Below, one piece after another: positions 28,153-40,054 of a stretch of 64,000 nt of DNA. Position numbers and translations under genes: made by a program. Origin of the DNA: Octopus vulgaris (Eukaryota); NCBI GenBank assembly GCA_951406725.2, contig OX597823.1, positions 43,586,001-43,650,000 on the forward strand, read 5' to 3'. Each line of letters starts with the position of its first letter. Positions within the stretch are counted from its first letter, which is position 1. The notes beneath the pieces were generated by a model. It saw only the letters and a program-made list of their open reading frames with translations. It was not told the origin of the DNA and did not search any database.

Positions 28153-29823
28153 TTTCTTTATTACCCACTAGGGGCTACATAGAGGGGACGTTACAAACAT
28201 TGGGGACATGGAACATCACAATTACATATATATGAGCAAAATGGAATATGAAAATGATATATGAGAGTGATACCGACGGCCCCATCCGCCAGCATCACTT
28301 ATCTGTCCTTCTTCACCCATTTCCAATTAGTATTCCTGTTTTATCTATCACAACATTCGTTTTTCTTTTAGCCCTCTCTATCCATTCCTCTTTCATTTCC
28401 ACTGACTTCCAACACACACCCTCTTCCTCAAACCTTGTCGCCAATATACCCGTATCATCACTATCCACAGCCGTGTAGCTCCAATCTTCGTGTTCGTACC
28501 ACTTGGTTAACACCAGTTTTTTAACGTTTTGTATGTCTTTCCCATGTATAACACATAAAAAATGGGTCTTGGGACTTTCTTTGCTCTGTGTGTCTGTTTT
28601 TATTTTTCTTGTAGGCGGGGAGTGGGTGGAATTACTGTTTGCAGGGGAAGGATGGGACTCCAAGGGTATGGGTGGTGTCGGGGTGGGTTGGGGCTTCGCA
28701 CAGTTTTTCTTTTTCTTTCTTTTTCTCTTTGTTCCCCCTTCTTTCCACTCTTGTTGCATCTCCTCTTCTTCTGTCGTTTCCCTCTCTGTTTGTTTCTGTT
28801 TATTTTCTTCCTCTCTTGAGGCTTCCTCAACGCTTTCCTTTTCTTTTTCCTTTGGTGGGGGAGGGCAGTAGGCTCTTATGTGACCCCTTTGGCCACACTT
28901 GTAGCACCTGGGCGCCCTACCCTCCACCCACACTCTCATAATAATATTTCCAGTTTTTATGCTGTCCGTAATCCTCTCTATAACATCCGCCTCCGTTTGA
29001 ATGTTCATAACTAGTGTGGCACCTCTCACGCCTTCATACTTCATAATGGCGTGGAGGATGTACACTTTATCTTCATTTCCTTTTATAACCGCAGCCGTTA
29101 TTAATTCGCCCTCTAGGTGTGGAGGTATTCCCTCCACCCTAATTCTGGTTGTCCGCCTATTCAGATACGAGGGTAACAAGTAAATCTTTTCTGTACTCAC
29201 CACCTTGGCTGCTACATTCCTGGCTGCTTTTTCACTTTTAAATTGCACCGTTACGGTTCCGTATTGTAATCCTTTTGTCATGTACACAATTTCCTCTCCT
29301 GTCTGCTTGAGAGCCTCTTCAATTGCTTCCATGTTAATTACTTCCATCTTTCTACCTCCATTCATAAATACTTTATATTTAATGGTTCTACGATGGAACC
29401 AGTCTCCGCACCCTACTGGATGCAGCAGCTCAACTTCACCGTTCTCGTCCTCCTTCACAAACTCCTGGAGGCCCGCCAACTTCGCCAGGTCTATCTCTCT
29501 TTCCGTTGACTTCTTCGTTACACCTGCGTAGGTGCCTTCCATCTTTTTCACCACCACCAACTCCTCCTCAGATGTCGATACTTCCGTCGAAATTTCAGAG
29601 TAAATTCTCCCTTCCATCTCCTCCGCTTGATGGAGGCGGCTCATAGTCGCCTCAGACCGAAAAACGGCCTCCCGAACCGAAAAAGTGCAACGCGCAGAAC
29701 CAGTGAGACGCGAAACCGCATCAACTATGTTCAAAACTTTACAACAACAACCATTCACTTTTTGTTCTTTTTTCTTTTTACCGAATTTTACAGAGCGCAA
29801 AAAAACACGACCGTTCAATCTGA
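28153..29823 (-). mobile_element. ORF1-only element, family B; unit 2
   Basis: One intact ORF plus the shared 3' module. Confidence 0.9.
28313..29644 (-). CDS. Intact gag-like ORF1 protein (443 aa from the ATG), RRM-like region plus CCHC knuckle
   Basis: MSRLHQ...YAGVT...YGTVTVQF...CYKCGQRGHIRAYC, a K/E-rich linker and a distinct C-terminal domain; uninterrupted. Confidence 0.85.
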   Translation of the reverse strand: MSRLHQAEEMEGRIYSEISTEVSTSEEELVVVKKMEGTYAGVTKKSTEREIDLAKLAGLQEFVKEDENGEVELLHPVGCGDWFHRRTIKYKVFMNGGRKMEVINMEAIEEALKQTGEEIVYMTKGLQYGTVTVQFKSEKAARNVAAKVVSTEKIYLLPSYLNRRTTRIRVEGIPPHLEGELITAAVIKGNEDKVYILHAIMKYEGVRGATLVMNIQTEADVIERITDSIKTGNIIMRVWVEGRAPRCYKCGQRGHIRAYCPPPPKEKEKESVEEASREEENKQKQTERETTEEEEMQQEWKEGGTKRKRKKKKNCAKPQPTPTPPIPLESHPSPANSNSTHSPPTRKIKTDTQSKESPKTHFLCVIHGKDIQNVKKLVLTKWYEHEDWSYTAVDSDDTGILATRFEEEGVCWKSVEMKEEWIERAKRKTNVVIDKTGILIGNG

Positions 29824-31566
29824 TTTCTTTATTACCCACTAAGGGGCTACGAAGAATGGCGGACATAACAAAACATGGGGACATAGAACATTATAATTAA
29901 ACTTTATGAAAATGAATTGTTAAACGAAAAAATGATAAAATGAAAGCGATACCAACGGCCCCGTCCGTCAGCATCACTTACCTGTCCTTTGTTTTTCATA
30001 GTCACTTGAATGTTCTTTGCCAATACGAATAAATTCCATATCCATTCTTACTCCGAAATACTCATTCATATTTTCCACGAATTCATCGCTCATTCTTATA
30101 TCTTTCACCTCCCAATTCTCCCTTTCACACCTCCCCATAAACTCACCTATGTTCTTCTTTTCAATCACAGCATACCTAGTCTCTCCAACATCATACCATT
30201 TATACTCTTCCATTAGACTTTTAACTTCCCTCTGTTCAGTCATAGTACAAATGTACGGCCTGGGTTCGATTTCAATCTCTTGTGTGTGTGTATTCTTTTT
30301 TTTTCTTTTGTTTTCTTGTTGGGGGGGAGCGGGTGGGTTCAATGTCTGCATGGATAGGGTGGGACTCAGAGGGTGTGGGTGGTTTTGGGGTAGATTGGAG
30401 TTCCATATTATTTTCTTTTCCACGTATTCTTCTCTTCCTCTTACTTCCAGCTTCCTTCCATTTCTGTGTATTCTCTTCCTCTGTTTCCTTCTCCTCTGGT
30501 TTCTGCTTCTCTCTCTCTGGTTCGGAATCCATTTCTTTCCCTGGGGGAGGGCAGAAGGCTCTTTTGTGACCCCTCAGGCCACACTTGTAACAACGTGGAG
30601 CCCTGCCCTCCACCCACACTCTCATGATCACGTCTCCCAGTCTGATGCTTTCCGTCAGGTCCACCAGCACCTCGGTCTCCGCCTGTACGCTCAGCTCCAC
30701 CGCTACGCCTCTCCAGCCCTCGGACCTAACCGAGGCATGGAGAACATCCACCTCGTCCTCGCGGCCGCCGATCACAGCCGCCACAATCCACTCTGCCTCC
30801 ACGCCCGGTGGCACTCCCTCCACCCTCACTCGTGCAATCCTCCTGTTTAAATACGTAGGTAATAGGGTTACCTTTTCTGACTTCACCGCCTTCGCCGCCA
30901 TCTTCCTCGCTGCAGACTCAGTTTTGAAATGCACAACTACGGTACCGTACTTGGATCCTCGAGTCAGAAAATTTATTTCCTCCTCAGTTCTTCGCAGGGC
31001 TTCCTCTATCCATTCCATGGTTACAACTTCTACCCTCTTCTTTTCGTTTGCGAACACCCTGTAAATAATGGTCCTCTTATCATACCATTCTTTTCTCCTG
31101 GGTGTCGGTGATAGTTCCACCTCACCGCTTTCCTTTTTCATGTATTTCTGGTAACTTGCCAACTTGGCCATGTCGACCCCTTTCTCTTCCGCCTTCTTGG
31201 TTACACCGGCATAGGTATAACCCAGCTTCTCTTCCAAGTTCCTTGCTGCCATTTCTAGCTCCTTCTCAGACGTAGGCAGGTCTGATAAAGACTCGAAAAC
31301 TCCAGCCTTTTCTTCCATCAGCTTCATTGCAATTGCCTGTTCCAGTTCCTCATCTGTCGTGGACAAGTCTGTTAGAGACTCATAGTCCATTTCCTTTCTG
31401 TCTGACAGACCGAAAACGGCCGCCAAAACAGAAAAAGTGTAACGCGCTGAACGAGCGAAAGGCGAAACCGCGTCAACGCCGTTCAGAATTTCCACAAAAA
31501 CAACAACGCTTTTTGTTCTTTTTTACCGAATTTTACAGAGCGCAAAAAAACACGACCGTTCAATCT
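29824..31566 (-). mobile_element. ORF1-only element, family C; unit 1 (5'-most of array 1)
   Basis: ORF1 31390-29974 (CYKCGLRGHKRAFC...RTGK) with one frameshift near 30420. Confidence 0.9.
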
Positions 31567-31779
31567 TCTTTTTTCTCTACATTGAATACTTTATAGACAA
31601 TAGTCTTTTCTTTAATTTAATTTTTTATTATCCATCTGGACTATTCCATTTCTGCACGCTAATTTTATTTTTAATTTATTCATGTAATACTGAAATAGTG
31701 GAGAAGATATGATATTGCTATGGGCTCGCTCTAGGCAAGAAGTTGAACATTTTTTTTTTTTTGCCGATGACACTCCCCG

Positions 31780-31870
31780 GACCCTTAGTAAGGCATGTGT
31801 AAAATTTGAATGAAATTGGTTGTGTAGTTCTCAAGTTTTAGGGAAACACAGACAGGCACACATTCTCAGT
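31780..31870 (+). repeat. Dispersed repeat fragment (also at ~62568-62650)
   Basis: tgtgtaaaatttgaatgaaattggttgtgtagttctcaagttttagggaaacaca is identical at both places. Confidence 0.85.
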
Positions 31871-32177
31871 TTTATATATATAAAGATACCTGTCGTAAAC
31901 CCGAGAGTTGCTAAGCAGATTGCACTGTGAGACACGATTTTTGTCCTTGGGTAGTAATTTTTATCTCCTGTTTGCTTACCCCTGGAAAGTATGAAAAATG
32001 GCTAATATTTCCTTCAAACTTTGCTTTTGCTACATTTATTCAAACCCCAAAGAATTCCTCTCAACACATGGCTAAGATGCTCCCCCACTCCTCCTGCTTA
32101 TGATCAGATATGAACTTTATTGTCAGCCTACAAAGGGACATCTTCAAATGGTTAATGTCAAGCAACTGACATACAAA

Positions 32178-32185
32178 TCTATATC

Positions 32186-32216
<31 letters not shown>

Positions 32217-32588
32217 CTGAAGGTGTATGGCAGGTTTGGTAGCCTTCAACTAACACTATCTCCTCCGAGACCCTGCGGCGCAAGTTGACCAAAATTGAGA
32301 GTATGATAGAAGAAGGCTTGTTCTTCCTTCCGTAGAAGAAAAACTTCAAATCGGACCATGTTAACACCAAAAATTATTTACATCAAAAAGGTGCTTTTTT
32401 TTTCAATGAAAATCCCTACTTTTTACAACTTTTTGACTGCTGTGTTGCCATTTTTTTGGTGTATTTCAACCAGAAAAATGTTCACTTAAAGAGAATAACA
32501 AGTTACATAATGCAAAATTTTTACTATTCAAAAATTCCAATTCTAAAGGGTCGAAACAAATCCGAGCAACGCCGGGCGATACTGCTAG
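32178..32588 (+). mobile_element. Non-autonomous Helitron-like element
   Basis: Starts TC(TA)n, ends gagcaacgccgggcgatactgCTAG, and sits between A and T. Confidence 0.55.
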
Positions 32589-33364
32589 TCTGTGATATTG
32601 AGAAAAATGTTTGCTATAACGATATTTCTTCTTCAGCAACTCAGCGCTAAATATGTCTAAAATGTAATGGAAAATAGGTCAGCTTCGAAACATTGATGTC
32701 CGGATCACAAAAGTAAAGTGTGAAGGGAATAGTAGTCATTTCCTTTGATCTCTAGGCAGATGCAAATAGGAAATAACACTTACTGACCAAAGACAAGAAA
32801 AAAAATTTTGTAAGTGCTATTCCCCACCCCCGCTTTCTCTCTCTTCTCTCCTCTCTCTCCCTTTCTCTCTCAATCTCTCTCTCTTTCTCTCTCTTTTCTT
32901 TTTTTTCTTTTTCATCCACCTTGCCTATAGGCATCGGCGACCATAGACTGCCGTGCCAATGTCTGAAGATTCATGATTTTTCTTCAGAAAGAAACAGTAG
33001 CAGTTTCCCGTTATTTCTGTCGACGGTTGATTTGCAACTTACTCTTATTAGTCTCCTACCCACCCGAGTTTGCCCTTGGGGCACAGGGTCACTTTCACTA
33101 TTAGGCAAGGTGACTTGTACTCGTAAAATCAGGGCATGTTCACGCACCAGTGGGTTTGGGTGGCACATACATATCTAGGGGACAGCTTTCCCTTAAGTCC
33201 AATATATCTTAGCCCCAATACTATACTCTAATAGTTGACCCATAACTGAGGATCTTGGTAAGTACTGCAATCCCGGCTGTGAGTGGGCCCGGGAGGCTGA
33301 ATTCCTGAGCAGGTGCCTTACCACCCGATGCAGTTTAATGTCAAGATTATTTTATCGTTTATCT

Positions 33365-33570
33365 TTATTTTTTTACTTTTTTCAGTCATTTGTCTGCGGC
33401 CATGTTGGGGCACTGCCTTGATGAGTTTTAGTCGAGCAAAGTGACCCTAGGCTTATTTTTTAAGCCTAGTACTTACTCTATCGGTCTTTATTGAACCACT
33501 AAGTTACAGGGACGTAAACACGCCATGACCGGTTGTCAAGTGGTTGTGGAGGACAGACACAAAGACACGC
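33365..33570. mobile_element. SINE-like repeat fragment
   Basis: gcggccatgttggggcactgcc...aagttacagggacgtaaacac resembles a common octopus SINE; recognised from memory, not searched. Confidence 0.55.
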
Positions 33571-33621
33571 ACGCACGCACATGCACACACACACACACAC
33601 ACACACAATATATATATATAT

Positions 33622-33901
33622 CACGTCACTTGACCGACCATGCTATCAGATGTTGCTACACACCGCTGGTCACAATGCGCTTGGCATTGTTTTAGCCTTC
33701 AAATGATGCCACCCCGCTGGCTAAGCGAGCAAGCCAACAGAAGAAAGAATGAGAGAAAGTTGTGGCGGAAGAGTACAGCAGGGGTCACCACCACCTCCTG
33801 CCGGAGCCTCGTGGAGCTTTTTAGGTGTTTTCGCTCAGTAAACACTCACAACGATCCTACGACCGCGAGTCCGCTGCCCTTACCACTGGGCCATTGCGCT
33901 T

Positions 33902-33903
<2 letters not shown>
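33622..33903 (-). mobile_element. tRNA-derived SINE
   Basis: Minus strand begins ggaagcgcaatggcccagtggtaagggcagcggactcgcggtcg (tRNA-like head with A box TGGCCCAGTGG); no B box recognised. Confidence 0.7.
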
Positions 33904-33944
<41 letters not shown>

Positions 33945-34305
33945 CACTGTCGTAACATACGGCGTTTCTTGGACATCTAAACCGAGCGAAACCTAGCGCT
34001 CTCCAGATCGAACCAGAGACAATTCCTCCGAGAAGAGAGAGAGGTGGGGAGAGAGAAAGGTGGGGGAGAACAAATGAACCCCAATACTGAACTAGTATTT
34101 TATTGAAATAATGAAAGACAAAGTTGACCTAGGTAGGATTTGAACTCAGAGCGCAGTGAACCACTGAAACTAATCAGTCCGATTCCCAATAGTTTGCCAA
34201 TTTGCCGTTTTAAATTTCTTCAGTGGTTCAGAGTGTATACAGATTATTTAATATCGTGTGCTCACTATATGTCTAATTCTATAGATGCATTTTGTGCTTA
34301 AAGTC

Positions 34306-34471
34306 GCATATTCACTCTGTTTAATGCCGTGTACTCATTCTGTTTAATGCCCGTACTCACTATGTTTAATGCCGAGCACTCACTGTTTGATAACGTGTAC
34401 TCACTCTGATTAATACCATGTACTTACAATATTTTATGCCGTGTACTCACTCACTTTAATGCTGTGTACTC
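34306..34471. repeat. ~23-bp degenerate minisatellite, ~7 copies
   Basis: Unit gtgtactcactctgtttaatgcc. Confidence 0.85.
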
Positions 34472-34835
34472 GTGGTCATACTCTGGAATTTCTCGATGTT
34501 TAGAACTAACTTTTAGTCCGGAGAGAGGGTTAGTGCCCATGGTCCTTTACAAGGCCTCCAAGAGTGATGAACGAGAAGGAAGAAGGTATTTTCAAACTGG
34601 GGGTCTGGTCTGAATGCTTGCAACAGAGTAGAATCCGCTAAAAGCACTTAAGGTGCCGGGTGGTGGTGTAAAGCGGATAGATTAGTCACCCAAGTAGTCC
34701 ATGGGAGGATCTGAACTCAGAACGCAAAGAAGTGAAACATATACTGCAAGTGATCCAGTCCAACATTGTTACAGTTCTGTCAATCTACCGTCCTGAATTG
34801 GTACTTTTATCGACCCGAAACGATGAACAATAACA

Positions 34836-37800
34836 TGTTTTATTATTACCCACAAGGGGCAAACAAAGAGGGGACAATACAACCTGATGTGGGGTCAGAT
34901 TCTCGGATGGGGTTACAAAAAGGATGAGATTAAAAATTCAAAAATTCACAAAAATTGCAAAAATTATAAAATCGAATGAATAACAGACCGGAAGACATTA
35001 CAGGTGGAGTGTGGGCGGGTTCAGCTCGGACCCCACGAGCCCCGCCTCCCCACTGATACTTTGGATTCGTCCTGGTTTACATTTATGTGGTGTCATCCAT
35101 TCGCAACTTCCGTGCTACATCCTTCCATCGTTCTTCATACACTTTTTTAGTCAGGCATTTTCTCTCCAGCCCTATCTTCCTTTTCAGGTGGAAGATGAAG
35201 TAATTCATCAACCCAGGGCCGGAGATGAACTTGCCTGACCGTATACCTTTCATTCTCGTCTTCCATATCACCTCTTTCGCAATTGCTACCACAACGAGAA
35301 AACAATTCTTACCTTCTTTCGCGAGGAAATCTGGTGGGTCAATTTTTTTAATACACTCAGTCGACAGCTGTACTCTTCGTGTGCTTGACAACAGCTGTTC
35401 GGCATAAACCCACACCTCAGACACGACCGAACAATGAACAATAGCGTGCGGGACGGTTTCCCTATCCCGCCCGCATCTTGGACACATTTCCGAGCGACGG
35501 AATAGCAGGAGAGCCTTGCGACACTCCGTATACCATGTACCCAGTTTCGATCTACGATTCAACCAGGTTTCCCATCCACCGAAACTTGGGAAACATCAGT
35601 TTTGCTAGAAGACCACACCCGTTCACCATCCAGGTAGAGCCACAGATGTCTTAACCTCAGCGCATGTTTGCGCATCATCAGCCAAGGCATCCCTAGCCCA
35701 CCCTTTAACGGTTGTTGACAGCAAGTAGAGCGTTTCACAAATGGTTTCCCGCCCTTCCACAAGAAGTAGAAGAGCTGTCTTTCCAACTTGATCAACCACG
35801 AATCAGGGCATGGAACGACGGAAAGGCGGTAGGTGATAACCGATGCGATAAACACATTGGCCACCTCCGCCCTCCCTTTCAGGGATAGCCACCGCCAAGA
35901 CCAGGTCTTGGCTACTGCAGCCACCTTGCTCGTTACCTCGCCCCAATTCTTCTATTTGGAGGTCTGGACCGAACCAGACCCCTAGCAGTTTAATCGGACC
36001 CTCCGTCCAACGTCCCACGACGCTGTCAGGAGGCATCGACTTGCCTCTCCAGGTGCCGAGTTGCAAGCCGACTGACTTTTCGCGATTAACTTTTGCTCCT
36101 GTCACCGTCTCGTAATCCTCTATGGCCTTGCCTACTTTACGTAGGTGGTCCATTTCGGTTACGATGATGGTGATGTCGTCCGCGTACGCTGACACTGATT
36201 TTCCATTACCTGGCTGTCTCGGGATGCCGCTCAGTTTTCGCAGTAATGGCTCAAGAGCCATCACGTACAAAAGCGGGGAGAGCGGACACCCTTGACGAAC
36301 CGAGCGTTTGATTTTGAACGGCTTCGACAAGAAGCCGTTCACCCGAACTACCGAGTCGATGTTGTCATAAATTTGGATAATCCACCTGAGGAAGCCAAGG
36401 CTCAGCCCGAACTGTGCCAGGGCAGATACCAGGTAACGATGGTCGACCCTATCAAAAGCCTTGGATTGGTCTAAATGGACCAGTGCCCCACCCTTGCCAG
36501 AATCACTATTAAACCCCTCTATAGTGTACCGCATTAGATGGAGATTATCCTGAATGGTTCTGCCAGGAACGGCACATGTCTGTGCCTCCCCGATCAGACC
36601 ATCCGCGACACGCGCCAATCTTTTCGATAACACTTTGGCCAAAATCTTCAACTCTGTGTTTAGCAGAGTGATGGGCCTGAAATTATCAATGCACTCCCCC
36701 TTGCTCGGGTCCTTTCTGACGAGAGTCACCACTCCCCGGCGCACAGATCTGGGTATAAGCCCGTTCTGCTGCCAGTTCGCATAGACCTCCGCCAGTAGGT
36801 GCCCGAACAAGTCTGGCATACTCTTATATAACTCGTAGGGTAGACCATCCAAACCCGGCGCCTTGCCCGCGCCGCAGTCCGCCATTGCCTCAACCACCTC
36901 CTCAGGCGTGATTGGCCCTTCACAGCCCTCCGCATCTCGCCCGATAAGCGCGGCAGCCCGTCGAGTAGGTCCGTAAAGGCCCTCCTCCTATCCAGCCCGC
37001 CGCACTCACCGAAAAGCTGAGCGAAGTGCTCCTGAAAGGCCTCACACATCTCCTCGGGTTCGTTTATCAACTCACCTTGTTGGTTCTTCAAAGATCGAAT
37101 CGTGGCATCGTTGCCATTCCGAGCTTCCACCACTCGGGCCCATCTCACGGCGTTGATTCCTTCACATCCCGTATGACGGATTCTAGCCCTGACAATGCAG
37201 CCCATGTGTTTGGCCTCGAGGTGCTGGTTTAACACCAGTCTCTTGGACTCCACCTGAGCCGCAGAGCCAGTTTTCATGGCTTCCTCTAATTCCTTAACTA
37301 GAGTAGTTTCCCTTCTAGCCTCTCTAGCCACTACTCCTATGCTATATCTAATTGACTCAAACTTGATGGCTCGTTTGAGGGCGTACCACCATTTGTTATT
37401 AATGATGGCACCAGACAGCGCCCTCTGAATTATAGTCCTAATCCGGTCTCTGTACTCCTTAATCGCCAAAAGAGACGTATTAAGTTTCCAGTAACCGGAT
37501 CCTCTATTTCTAACCTTATCTATGTCAAGCTTACAAGTGACCATTTTATGATCACTGTAGCTGATCTGGTAAAACTGTGGACACTTAGCTATTTTACTGT
37601 CTACCTTTCTAATTAGAATTCTATCTATGTATGACCTGGAAGATCCGTCGCTGTTTGACCATGTCCACAATGGAGCGTTCGGAAATTCCAACCTATAAGG
37701 ATCTGCTAGCTCAAAGCGGCTTAGCAGTTCCAGGAAGCAATAGTTACCTTTTCTATCTGCATTCGAGCCAACACAATCTACATCCGCTTTGCAAATAGTG

Positions 37801-39806
37801 TTAAAGTCTCCTAGCACCACTAATGAATGCGAAGTACCGAGAAATTTTTCTAGATCACGAAAATAATCACTTTGCCCTGTATTGGGTGCGTAAATTGCAA
37901 CCAGTCTGATAACTTTACCGTTACTGAACGTCAAATCCATGACGACCAGCCTACCTTCTGGGTCTGAAAAAATTAACTTTTTCCCAAAAACCCGGTTTCT
38001 TTTTAATAGGACCAACACCCCACCCCCGCCTGTAGGACTGGCCGGAGAGAAAAAACTCTCGTAGCCGTCAAACAGCGGGAGTAGACCTCTTGGCCCCTTT
38101 AACCGGGTTTCTGTAGCAACAATAACATCAAATTACGCGACCTGATATCATTTAGGAAGCGACCTTGCTTCCCGCTTGATCCCAGGCCGCGCACATTTAA
38201 ACAACCAACATAAATGTAGTCCATAACTTACCTTATATCAGTGGTTCGACTTGTTCGACTGGTTCGCCTTGTTTTCCGTCGTCTTCTTCGCTTTTATTTT
38301 TTTCCTTGGCTCGTGGGGGAGTCCGACGCAGGCCCTCGTATAGGTATGGAGACATGTCCAGTCTCAGAGGGCCCACGTCGTGGAAGAATTCGGATTTTAT
38401 CCGCCTGTCGTCCTTCCGGCCTATTTTGTACACAATAGTCTTTCGTTTTCCTTACTCTCTCCACTTTGGCCATGGCTGCCAACACATTGACTAGTCTATT
38501 GTTGGTAGCCTTAATGGCCATAAATGAATTGGTTACTTCTTTTCTCTTCTTCTGGTTTTCTTCTTCTTGAGGGTGGTTTCTGTTTTCCGTTTTTTTTTGG
38601 TAACTTTTGACCACCCCTCCTCTTTTTCTTTTTCTTTTTCTGCACCACTCGATGATTTTTCTACCTCTTTGGTTTCCTCTGTTTTCTTTTCTGTTTCAGT
38701 TTCTTCCTTTTCCGACGGTGCTTCTACCTGCGGTTTAGGTTGACACTCTGCTCTTACGTGTCCCTTTTTTCCGCAGCCGAAGCACCTCGGCTTTCTTCCT
38801 TCTACGAAAACCAACACTCTCTCCTCCTCATCGAGCCTCAGCACCTCTGGTATTTCCTCCAGTGTCTGGACCTCCGCTTGGATTGCCATAGTGATGCTCT
38901 GGCCCTGCCAAAACCCCTCCTCCTCCACTGTAGCTTGGAGGATATTGATTTTGTCCTTCAGGCCTAGCATCACTGCCGCCACCAGGCATGTGGCGTCCGC
39001 CTCTGGGGGAATATTCCTCATAACTATTTTTGAGGTCCTTCTGCCTCTGTACAAGGGTAGGACTATGTTCCCTGCTTTTTGTGGTTCGGTAGATAGCCTC
39101 TTTGCTATTTCCTCGGTCCTAAACCTCACCTCTACCGTTCCGAACCTTCTTCCTCTGTTTATATAAGTTACGTCCTTTCTAATTGCCTTCAGGCACTCTT
39201 CTATTTTATTTTCTTCTACTTTTTGGATACTTTTTGTTGTTGTACAGTATGTTTTATAAATTATCCTTTTCTTCTCTATCTCTTCTTTTTTTTCAACATC
39301 TGCTTTTACTGCTATCTCATTTCCTTCTTTTTTCAGAAGGACTTCGTATTTTTCCAGATTATCTATATTTATACTTTTTTGTTTACGCCCTGCAACTTCC
39401 GCGAACTTCTTCGCTGGGGCCTTTTTTTCTGGCGTTACCGCCGGGTTTTTTTCCGGCGTCACCGCCGGTGAGCTTTCTTCACCTGAGGCTTGAGAGCTTC
39501 CATCACCTGAGATTGGTGAATAAGAGATGGGGAATTCCATTTCGAGCTTTTTCAGTTGGCATTCACCGCCTTCCGAAGACATTTTGGCTTTGCAAGCCGT
39601 TTGTAGAAAAATTTTTTTTTAATTGTTCCACACACAATAATTCCCCCGCGAGGGGGGAACTAAGTACGCAGCCTTCGCACGAAGGCCACTAACAGTCTTA
39701 TAGAAAAGACACCAAAACAACAGTGATTAAGTTAACAAAGTAGCAGTAATTTACTAACCAAGCAGGCACTCGTATTCAGTCGGTCAAAGTTCAGTTTTTG
39801 AGTATC
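34836..39806 (-). mobile_element. Near full-length Tx1 element (type E3); array 2 unit 12
   Basis: ORF1 39582/39540-38233 and ORF2 38224-35083, with frameshifts and a ~0.3 kb deletion near 35488; shared terminus. Confidence 0.94.
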
Positions 39807-40054
39807 TGTTTTATTATTACCCACAAGGGGCCAACAAAGAGGGGACAATACAACCTGATGTGGGGTCAGATTCTCGGATGGGGTTACAAAAAGGATGAGA
39901 TTAAAAATTCAAAAATTCACAAAAATGCAAAAATTATAAAATCGAATGAAAAAACAGACCGGAAGACATTACAGGTGGAGTGGGGGCGGGTTCAGCTCGG
40001 ACCCCACGAGCCCCGCCTCACCACTGATACTTTTGGTTTCGTTCTGATTTACAT

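Noticed and set aside
19770-31495. Tandem host ZCCHC3-like gene family
   Set aside because: The units are intronless, carry the retroelement 3' module and are interleaved with Tx1 copies; domestication is unsupported.
33860-33903. tRNA gene
   Set aside because: Only a SINE head; no B box or full cloverleaf.
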